Positions 43,601 to 53,065 of a stretch of DNA of 53,065 nucleotides are shown one piece after another. This stretch comes from Hyphochytrium catenoides (lineage: Eukaryota; Protista; Hyphochytriomycota). A program made the position numbers and the translations under genes. Each line of letters opens with the position of its first letter. Positions within the stretch are counted from its first letter, which is position 1. The stretch lies in NCBI GenBank assembly GCA_900088475.1, contig FLMG01003187.1, positions 1-53,065 of the forward strand, given 5' to 3'. The notes below the pieces were generated by a model. The model had not been told where the DNA came from, searched no databases, and worked only from the letters and a program-made list of their open reading frames with translations.

Positions 43601-46109
43601 CCTCTTACCTGGCGGGCAATCGACACAGATCCCTTGCATGAACTGCTGACCACGCTTGCAGGCTAAGAAGGAGAACGTAAAAGAATGCTTTAGTCTGCTG
43701 ATCATCGTTGAATAATCGACAAGAGGGCAAGCAGGTACACCTACATCGCTTAAGCGCCGAAGGGTCTCGGCAGTCAAAGTGGTTCCAGCCAACGTCATAG
43801 GTGTCCTTTCCACAGCTAAAGTGTGCTGAAGACTTGCAGGTCGATGGACAGCAGTCCCCACCGTCCCAATTGCACGCTTCATTATTATTATCAGGGTCGC
43901 ACCAGCCGTCAGCCTTCCACTCAGGAAAGGCACAGACTCCCCCGTCTCTTGGTCGGGCAAGACAGGCGGGAGAAAATGTACAGGTTGTCTGCATCTGCTC
44001 CTCAGAGGCCACAAAAGCCGGCCCGGTCATAACCAGAGGATTCAGGACTGACAGACCAGTCAAGGCGTACAGCTGCAGCAGGACGATGGGGATATAGCCC
44101 TGAAGATACTGCTGCTGGTTGATGCCAAAGAGTATCTCTCCGTCAACGACAGCTTTTTGAACGGCATCACTGAGGTCAAAGGTACCGATCTTTACCCCGG
44201 AAATGGAGTTTGAACGGAGAAAGTTTAGCACCGGTGGAACGATGGAGGCTGAGGTGAGAAGCATCCCATCTGGCTGGCTAGAGTTAGGATAGAGCGCGCC
44301 TAAGGCAGCGTCAGTGACGGCCATGTTAGAGATCGAGACAATGACAATCTCTCTCGCGCTCTCACTGACTTGCAGTCCGTCAAAGTAGCCTTTGCAACGT
44401 TCCTCGAGCGCTGTGTTCCCGGCTTCTCCGATGAGACAAATGGGGCGCACAATGCCCTTGGACTTCATAAGCTTTCCTGCACCGACTCCAGCTTCATATT
44501 CTGTCTGTCCCACGTGGGTTAGGACAGTGATACCGATCGCATTGCCCACCTTATATCCTGAGTTAGCAGAGATTAGAGGCACCGTGCTGGCCTGAGCATT
44601 ACGAAGAGCGTCCTTCAAGCCGTCAGGATTAGGGATGGAGACGACTAGACCTTGAGGCTTCTGCTGGACAGCCTTCTCAATCAGATTGCTCATGACGCCC
44701 ATATCAAACTCCGTGCCTGGCGCAGAGTAAGAGAGAGGCTCTTCTCCCGTGCATGTGGATCCCACGATACTGCAGAAGGTGAAGTCCAGGCCCGTGTCGT
44801 TGCCAGCCATGCGAACGCCTTGCTGATAAACATACCAAAAGCCATCAAAGGACGCACCGTGAACCACAATGCGAAGACGGAGATCCTTCTGCGTCACTGT
44901 CCGCGGCAAAGGCGGCGTTGACAAGAACTTGGGCCCCGTGAGGATGTCAATCTGTGGCCTCTCGCCAATGGTGCCATAGATCACCATGAGGACAGTAGAA
45001 AGATAGCCTTGGAGAAACTGTTGCTGATCAACGACGAAGAACAGCTGATTGTCTTGGAGAAGCCTGGTTGTCTCTGACGTGAGGTCAAAGGTACCGATCT
45101 TCACAGCTTTCTCCTTTCCCATAGACTGCAATAGATCGTAGACAGCACTGCCCATGCCTGAGCTCAGCGTTAAGATGCCATTGATGGACGGCTTTGTCTG
45201 CAATAAGTTCTTCAGCACCTCCTTGGCCCTATAGGTGTTGCTCCCATCGACAGTGACAGTCTCCACCGTGCAGTTAACACCTTTGATGCAGCTTCCTAGC
45301 AATCCATCGGTAAAGCCCTGGCAGCGCTGGGTCAGAGACTTGTCGCTCTGGTCGTGAATGACGCAGACGGCGCCTGAGGCCTCTGTCTTGGCAAACTTAA
45401 CGCCTGCCGACTGTCCCGTCGGATAGTCTTCCATGCCGAAGTGCATCTCACTGAGAGCTAGCGTCGTGTTGGCCGTGTTGATGCTGAAGAGACGGTAGCC
45501 TTTGTTCCTCATCTCTAGGACTTTATCCTCACTACCAGCAGGGATCGTCGTGATAAACAGATGGCTCTTTGGGTCTAAGTTCGCTGTCAGTGCTCGGTTA
45601 AGCAGCGCTGAGACCACCTTCCCGCTGGAGCCCTGATAGGTGTCCAGGCGCTCCATGGCGGTGACGTACTCAAAGGATGTCTTGACTTTAAGTGCCTTTC
45701 CTGCCTCGTAGAACCCCGAGCGGACCTCTCTCCAGAGCTGGCTCTGCGTGGGATCGCCATGAGAGATCATATGCACTGTCAGCGCTTGGCGGTTAATGCA
45801 GGGACATGTCGAGGCCGCATCGTTCTGCGGATGCTCCTGCAGCCCACGATGTTGATAATAAGCAGTAGTGCTGGCCGTCGTGCTACTACGCCCGTTGCTG
45901 CTGCTAATGAAAGAGGATGTAGGAGTCACGGCGATGGCTCCGCCCGCCGCCAGCAGCCAGTTGAAGGCGAAGAAAACTGCTGGGAGAAACATGGCCAGAG
46001 ACCGAAGACGATGACCAGCAGCAGCAGCAGCAGACAAAGAAGGCAGCGCCGGTTCACAAGCAGCAGCAGCAGCAGCAGCGGGTGCCCGTAGTAGCAGCAA
46101 CAGCCTCAT
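40661..46109 (-). CDS. Multi-exon surface receptor: signal peptide, two periplasmic sugar-binding (PBP1) domains, LNR repeat, Cys-rich repeats and a C-terminal multi-TM (about 7TM) domain
   Basis: Exon 1 runs from 46109 (or ATG 45992) to 43745, with HG...W, RCxG, GTFD and (D/N)QQQ.LQGY motifs twice and an LNR (WKADGWCD..NN.EAC.WDGGDCC). In-frame GT-AG joins continue to exons 43662-43609, 43504-43374, 43305-42987 and 42891-42748 (CVDCPPGFFG, ARPGYW, LLCMGCQDGF, VIYFLQ). Later exons carry KLDASI, LFDYLKP..HW and KPFR.PVDNFTE. Junctions between about 42750 and 41400, and the last exon, are approximate. Confidence 0.85.
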
Positions 46110-46259
46110 GTTGGTGACTGTCTTCTACGGGGAGACCGACGATCCGCGAAATGGGAAAGAGCAGAAGAGAAGAGAGACTCTGATGTCTTCGGCGAGAGGG
46201 AAAAGAAAGGAGAAGAGAGGCCTCTTCCCGTCCTCCCCAAGGGAATGTCGAAGCCTCTT

Positions 46260-46263
46260 CTCT

Positions 46264-46333
<70 letters not shown>

Positions 46334-46586
46334 GTCTCTTTCTCCGTGAAACGAACAGTCACTTGAAGGGTTTGAGTGATGCATGACAGGCGTATTATTT
46401 CTTGCGTACTGTACATGATACCTTACGTTGAAGGGCTACAACGATCTTACTACGTTCCCCGGTGGGGGGGGGGCGGGGAGGAGGCACGTTTCTATGTTGC
46501 ATTACTTTCCCTCTGTCTCTCTCTCTCCCTGCTGTACGTGGCCGTTGAGAGGTGAAAAATAGAGAAAGAGAGAGAAAGAGAGAGAG

Positions 46587-46617
<31 letters not shown>

Positions 46618-46689
46618 AAAAGAGATAGAGAGAAGAGGGAGAGAAAGGAAGAGAGAGAAAGAGAGAGAGAGAAAGAGAGAGAGAAAGAA

Positions 46690-46760
<71 letters not shown>

Positions 46761-46815
46761 AAAAGAGAGAGAGAGAAGAGGGAGAGAAAGGAAGAGAGAG
46801 AGAAAGAAAGAAAGA

Positions 46816-46851
<36 letters not shown>

Positions 46852-47030
46852 AAGAGAGAGAGAGAAAGAGAGAGATGGGTGAAGAGAGAGTGAAAAGGAG
46901 AGCCAGACACAGAAAGAGAGAGAGAGAGGGAAAGAGGACAAAGAGACACAGAGAAAGAGAGAGAAGTAAAGAGGGTCAGAGAGAGACAGAGACAGAGAGA
47001 GATGGGGGGCGAGAAGGAGATAGAGACAGA
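46260..47030. repeat. (CT)n tract (46260-46342) and long GA/GAAA tract (46558-47030) in the divergent intergenic region
   Basis: Directly visible. A G-run lies between them at about 46464-46484. Confidence 0.95.
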
Positions 47031-47510
47031 GGCGGGACTGGAGGTGGTTACGGAGCGCCGAGGAGACGTCGAGGAGATACAATGGAGATACGGGAAGGAA
47101 GAGAGAGCCACAAGGAAGAGAAAGATGGTGGAGAAGGTGCTAGACAGAGTAGTTCCTACGAGGCGGCGCGGCGCGGTGCGGCCCCATCACGGGGAAGGTT
47201 GCTGGGAGGGTCTCTCAGAAGAGAGAGAGAGAGAGAGACAGCGTGAAGAAACGAGAGGAAGAGACGTGAGCTCATCCAGACGACGTCCTCTTCCTTTCCG
47301 CTACGCCTCTTCTCTTCTTCCCGCTTCCTTTCTCTGCCGGTGATACCTTTCCCTTGGTTGATTGGCTGCAGTTTACTTCTTAACTAGGAAAGAGAGAGCA
47401 AGCAGCAGCAGCAGCGCCTCTTCTGTCTGACTCATAGCTCCTCGTGGTGAGTTCCTTCCTTGGCGTGATTATTGGATTGGCAGTGGCAGCAGCGAGGAGG
47501 TTCCATCACC

Positions 47511-49109
47511 ATGCGGAGCCCATCATCAGCACATGCAGAAGGGGAGGACCGGAAGGCATATCTGGATGGCAGCCACAACGCCTGGGCGCACTCTCTGGGC
47601 ATTGCCGTGGTCGTGCTGGACCTCACAGCGCTGCCCGTCCTGCTGTTCATGCTGTGGCGACGAAGGGGCTTCTTCCCGCTCAACTCTACTCCTACTTTCC
47701 TTCTCCTCTGGACCCAGCTGGGCGCCAGTCTCTATGTCTTCTCTCTTCTCCAGTCGATCGTAGCGCCTACGATGCCTTGCTGGCTGCACATCTTCCTCTC
47801 CGTCTCAGATGGCTTTCCCTTCTTCAGTGGAAGCGCTTGTCAGCTCTTCAATGCGTGGTTTGTCTCTGAGTTGAAGCAAAGTGTTGCTCTAGGAAAGAAG
47901 AATGTGTTCACTAAGCGCTGCACAGCTGTGTCTGAAGGCTCTCTGAGGACTCTCTTTCTGCTCGCAGCCGTCATCTTTGGGATCCTTCCCTTAGTTCTGC
48001 AGTTAGCTGGTCGTCCTAGCGCCGTGCTGTCTGGATCGATGATGCAAGCCGAGTGTCTGACTTACTTTTCAAAGGCTGAGGTAAGCACATCAGGGACAGA
48101 GGATGCTTTCTCAGGCCTCCATCTCTAACCCTAAGCACTTTTCCTTCTGCCTGCCTGCTACTGCTCCGTCCACTCTTATAGAAGTGGATCCTACGGGTTC
48201 TATGGTGGGTTCCTGTCTCTTTGAACGTGCTCTTTGCCTACCTCATGCGGCACATGAAAGACGCCTTCAATCTGAAGGAGAACTGGAAGAGCATTCTCTA
48301 CTTTTTCGTCCTTGGGGCGCCGCTTAACGCTATGGCTAATGTTACCACGGGACTGGACGACACCATCCGCATCAACACCTACGTGGTTGGGCAGTTTGCC
48401 TTTGTATGTGCAGGCTTCTCTTACATGTGGTTCGCGTCTATCCTTCCGTTGAAGAGATCGATGGAGGAAGATGAAGAGCTCCGCAAGAGCAAGAATGCTG
48501 CCGCTTCCTATGCGGACTCTGGCCCCTCTGCAACCAAAAGGAACTCTATGACAAGTGGCGCGATCCCGACACTCATCCCTGTGTCCACGACCAAGGATCT
48601 CCGTCTTGCCCTACAGCGCCAAGACGTTGCCATCCAGTTCCAGTTGTACCTGGTCCGAGAGTTTGCCGGTAAGCTCTAGCAGCGGCTAATGTCCCGATAG
48701 ATAGTCAGTTAGATCGAAGTCCCTGACTTGCTCTGTGTACTCTCTAGTCGAGAATATGCTGTTTATCCAGGCATTAAGGGAGCTACGCGCGATCACGGAT
48801 AGAGAGAGTAGAGTTTCCCGCGCTCTAGAGATCTCGCGTGACTTTATCCGCGAGGGCAGTCCTTCGGAGATCAATATCAAAGACGACCTTCGAAGGGAGC
48901 TCCTCAGGAAGATAGACAGCAGCGAAAGGAAAGCGTCCTCGTCCTCCTCAGAAGATATTGATATCAACATCTTCAACCCTGCGGAGGATCAGGTGCTTCA
49001 GATGATGATAGATCCCTATAATCGCTTCATTCGTCTGCTGAGCGATCCTGCCAGCAAGAAGCGCAGCATGCAACGAAGACAGGTAACAGTCATCAAGCCA
49101 GCTCAGTAA
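47511..49109 (+). CDS. 7TM-RGS protein (regulator of G-protein signalling), join(47511..48080, 48182..48668, 48748..49109), 472 aa
   Basis: Two GTAAGC...AG introns restore a single frame. About 7 hydrophobic segments, RRGFFPL after TM1 and KDAFNLKE after TM5. Splicing creates the RGS motif FQLYLVREFA-VENMLF, followed by I.RDFI.EGSPSEINI and IFNPAEDQVLQMM.DPYNRF. Confidence 0.92.
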
Positions 49110-50759
49110 CTACGACTCTATAACCATCTGAGAGTAAACAAAGACTGAAGTCAACTTCTTCATAAGGAGATCGGCGGCTACTCGATTGGCATTGTCAAGC
49201 CACTAGAAATCTTAGAGAAGAGCAAGTGGTTTCCTTCCCTAAGGCTATGTTCCCTTCTTCTGAAGACCTCGTCGCTCCCTTGCGCACCTGGCTCCCTTGC
49301 TCTTCTTCTCTTGTCTACTTTCTACTTCGCACGCTGTTGTTCCTATTCATGGCGACCAACCTTAGCGTTCAGATCGACCTTCCGAGGATTGATGGCCATA
49401 AGGCTAGAATATATGTGGTCAATAATCAGTCGTCCTTCTCAAGAAGTTGGGCTAGGCTGCTTCACTAGCGCTAATTATGCGTCAATCTAACAGTGGTGCG
49501 ACGCTTGTAGCTCCTGTTCCTTTGCCTGAGTCCCGTCTCATCTGCTGGAGGATCCAAGCGTCGGCCTGTACTAGCTCTTCGTCACTTGCCTCTTGGTTTT
49601 CATCTATGGCAGGCTCATACCAGCAGAAGTCTGGTCTTTAGTTTGGCGCCTCGGCCACAAGGAGGTCAGGTTATCACAAGCTGGCAAGAGGTCCAGCTAA
49701 CGCATATGCGACCACCATGGAGCGGGGGGCAACATTGACAGGAGAAATCTTCCCAGGGTACTAGGCTTTTGTCTGGCCATTCTGAGAGTGGCGCTGACCT
49801 TGCTCACCTCTCAAATAGCTTCTTCGGTCAGCACGACCTGGAGCAGATACAGGTGCGATAACATGAGCCTTGATGCTGTTTTGACACATGGCTCGATCAC
49901 ATGGAGCTGGAATTGTTACTACGCCACTGTTAAGCAGTAACCCGTGTCATGAAAGGGTGGCAGCCCTTCAAACAGATCAGAGTGACCTACAAAGATAGTA
50001 CGGCACTTGCCTTGAGGTCGTGGAGGTCAGGGAGAAAATTATGGACTTTACTATTGACATCAGTGCCGGTATAATCTCTAGCTTGGTACTGCTTTTTGAG
50101 AGAACCTTATACATACCTAAGCAGAAAGGAGAGAGTATTATTTCTTGCGATGCTTTCTTCCGCGGCCTCTTAGTCTCTTCCTTTCTATTCTCTTGTAGGG
50201 CATTCACTTACTGCCGATGAATCTCCTCATAGCCTTCTTCTTCGCCGTCCCTTCTTAGCAAGCAAGGTCTCAGTGTCTTTTAGCTCCTCTCTTACCGCAG
50301 GACGCGAATGCCAGCCTGCCTGTTCTTCGTTTCCAACGAGTAAAGCTTTGCTTGGTTGTTTGGTCAGTAAAACTTTACTGAGGTCCTCTACCTTCGTCAC
50401 TGAGGATCGTCTAATAGTTATCTTACTCCCAGCCAAACTGGAAGACGATGAGTCCAAGGTACGTGGCAGCAGGAGGCAAGGACAATGCCGTGATCTAGTA
50501 AAGACATTGAGAGCTGAGATAGCAGCAGATAGCCCCTTGCGGACGTAGGATCACTATTGAAATAGAAACCTTTCCGAAGGATCAGATAGTAAGGAAAGTG
50601 GAAGAAGAAAGAGACGAAGAAGGAGTGCAATCAGGTCTCATGTTCTTTTTTGGTTATTATGCATTAGCTACTACTCAAAGAAAACCAGAGAAGAAAAAGA
50701 GAAGGATACAAAGAGAAGAGGGCAAGAAGAAGAAGAGAGTAGAGAAGAAGAAGAAGCAA

Positions 50760-51250
50760 CAATGGGAAGAAGAGACAAGGCTACAAAGTCCTGGATACTT
50801 TAACACGGTCGTCTCCTTCACTGTCATTATCGGAAAGGAGAGTAGCATCATAATAGTTGAACTCCTCGGCAATAACGATAGGAGCAGGCGGAGGAGAAGA
50901 GAAAAACTTCTTAGCGCTGAGACAATCATCATCACACTCATCAGGCAAGCAAGAGCGGAGTCCAACTGCTGAAGAGGAGGAGTACCCTCCAATTGGTAGC
51001 GCATTCTCTTCATGAAACGCGAAAGAGATTCAGGTATGAAGAGCCAGAGCCCTTGCCAACCGAGACCAATGAACAAAGGGTCGAGAAGCCTCAAGAGCAG
51101 AGCGATCACTCTGAAACTTCACGAGTTGTTCCACCACAAGATTCCCAGACTAGCGGCACGAAAAACGCGCTAGCCCCACAGCCTGGCGAGGACCCTTACT
51201 TCCTCAACTTGGCTTTTTTCAGACAAGCGACCGTGGTTGCTAGCTGATAT
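50760..51250 (-). mobile_element. Second copy of the family B CRE-like RLE retroelement 3' fragment
   Basis: Colinear with 35415-35875 (shared GTAGCGCATTCTCTTCATG, TTGCCAACC, GACTAGCGGCAC, TCAGACAAGCGACC). Translates KAKLRK*...FFVPLVWESCGG...AFHEENAL. Confidence 0.65.
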
Positions 51251-51679
51251 TTTTTGGAACTAGAGTTGCACCTTGCAAGGAGGTACAAGAAGAACGAGGG
51301 AAGAAGCAAGTAGTAGAACAGGTGCACTACTTTTTTCGGCACGACTTCCTATCTCAGGCTTGGTTGTGGCCTAGACACTCTCCCGGTCAGATTGGAGTCA
51401 TGAACATATTCACCCAGATCCTACGAGGTCCGCTGGTCGATCGATGAAGTCCGCGCGGCTGCAGCCGGCTTTGCAGCAGCAGTGCGCTAACTTTGTTAGT
51501 GCTTCTATGGGAAAGCACTGCAAGAGAAGTCGCGCCGATTAAAGTGCACCTCTTCTACTTTGATACTACTCTGTCTTTCAAGTCATTGCTGAGGACTTCA
51601 CCTATAGTTCTTCCTTCTCGTCTTGTTATGATTGCTGAGGACTTCATCTCTTTTTATATTAACTGCAGCTAGGGAATTA

Positions 51680-51870
51680 GAAGTAATAAGAAGAAGTAAG
51701 AGATGAAGAAAGAAGAAGAAGAATAAGAGGAAGAAGAAGAAGAAGAATAAGAGGAAGGAGAAGAAGAAGAAGAAGAAGAAGAAGAAGAAGAAGAAGAAGA
51801 AGAAGAAGGAGAAGAAGAAGAAGAAGAAGAAGGAGAAGAAGAAGAAAGAGGAAGAAGAAAAGAAACAAGG
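51680..51870. repeat. (GAA)n microsatellite
   Basis: Long near-pure GAA run. Confidence 0.95.
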
Positions 51871-53065
51871 AGAGCTATAACCTCCTTGGTCCCTCTTTTA
51901 TACCTTTACTGTTTTGCAATGATGTCCCATCTCTTATAGATTTTATCTGTAACAGGGTACAGAGTGGAGAACCACCTGCCAAGCTATTTGCTTCTTGACT
52001 GGTTCAAAGATGCGAGGCAGAGTTCTCTCTTGGACTTGGAGCGGAAACGGGACAAGGAGCCACTATTCTATTTGTAGAAGATATGGAATGAGAACGGCCT
52101 AGTGCTTGCATATGGTGCATTTGGACGGACAGATCAACAATGGCAGCGTAGAAGCTTGGAGCCAGCTGGAGAAGAACAGTGAGGGACGAACTGTTCAAGG
52201 TCAGTCTAGAAGTGAGAGAGAAGACGTAGAGAGAGAAAGATCAGTCATCGACGCTCTAGAGAGTAACACAGCAATGGTACTAATACTAGGGCGGCGAGGA
52301 GACTATGAGTAGGAGAGTTCTTCATCAATAGCGGTGGAGAAGAGGGAAGGAGGAGTGATGAGAAGAAGACTTCTTTCTACATCTTTAAGTCAGTCAGTCT
52401 TTTGCTCCCAGCTACAGAGAAGCACCCAGTCAATAAAGCCGTTTTTCGTTCTTTGCGCGCTTTGTCAATCTTCGGTGGTGCTTTGTAGACTCGACTGTTG
52501 CACTTTGCCAGCTCAGTCTACAAACTCTGCAGAAGAGTTTTACTATCTTTCTGTGGTCTCTTCAACTAGTGAGCTTTAGCCCCGTGCCTGTTTATCGATC
52601 CGTGGCACAGACCGAGTCTTGTGGCTCGTTCTGCTTCATATTGTCTAGATTGGACAATTCCTTTCTAGCAGTTTCCTTTTTGCAATAGAGGGAAAAGATT
52701 GCAAAATTTTGAAACGTATTTGTCAATTTGTTGTCTCTGGCTACCAGGACTACCCACTATCCCGTTCCCTCCTCACATAATGGTTAAAACGGTGTTTCAG
52801 AAATTGAATCAGGCTGGCCCTTTGTTTTAGTGAAACTTACATAGATGCTTTCTTCTACTGTTTTGTCCCGGCGGATGGCAGAGTACTGTACAATAGATAC
52901 ATGTACTGTACAGGAGAGTTTTATCATCCCTTATATACAACAGTAATATCTTCGACAAACGAACGAAGAGCCCCTGTTGCCTGTCCGCGAATATTATGGG
53001 AGGACAAGCAATGGCACGTTTTTCACTGTTAGCTATGTTCCGAGCGCTTGGTGTTCAGTAAGGAG

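Noticed and set aside
43605-43744. C-terminus of the 834-aa ORF as the true protein end
   Set aside because: This is read-through into an 82-nt GT-AG intron. Splicing gives a better Cys-rich continuation.
46395-47343. ORFs of 113-238 aa rich in LS or ER
   Set aside because: These are translations of GA/CT microsatellite. The same applies to ORFs at 28339-28779, 38708-39261 and 51677-51868.
50675-51109. 144-aa membrane protein ORF
   Set aside because: It is an off-frame reading of the decayed retroelement plus a TTC tract; the homologous copy near 35.6 kb has stops in that frame.

Overview
Eukaryotic (protist-like) genomic DNA, with short GT-AG introns, long GA/CT and GAA microsatellites and many decayed mobile-element fragments. 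The organism cannot be named from sequence alone. Supported genes, left to right: (1) the truncated 5' end of a PIF/Harbinger-type transposase; (2) a Q-rich protein with a duplicated Cys-ribbon module; (3) a small secreted protein; (4) two intronless, signal-peptide-bearing GH31 paralogs with sulfoquinovosidase (YihQ-type) residues, the second carrying one in-frame TAG and a compensated frameshift; (5) a multi-TM protein; (6) a degenerate RING exon; (7) a spliced bZIP-like/SnoaL-like gene; (8) a P/Q-rich hypothetical protein; (9) a Mini-III-like RNase III fused to Zn fingers; (10) an NDUFA4/B12D-like micro-protein; (11) a bacterial-type homocysteine S-methyltransferase; (12) a head-to-head pair made of a multi-exon receptor (two bacterial-type sugar-binding domains + LNR + Cys-rich repeats + multi-TM) and a 7TM-RGS gene. 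At least four decayed 3' ends of CRE-like non-LTR retrotransposons (restriction-like endonuclease, RLE) are present, two of them bracketed by GAA tracts. All family calls come from motif recognition by eye; no database searches were run.
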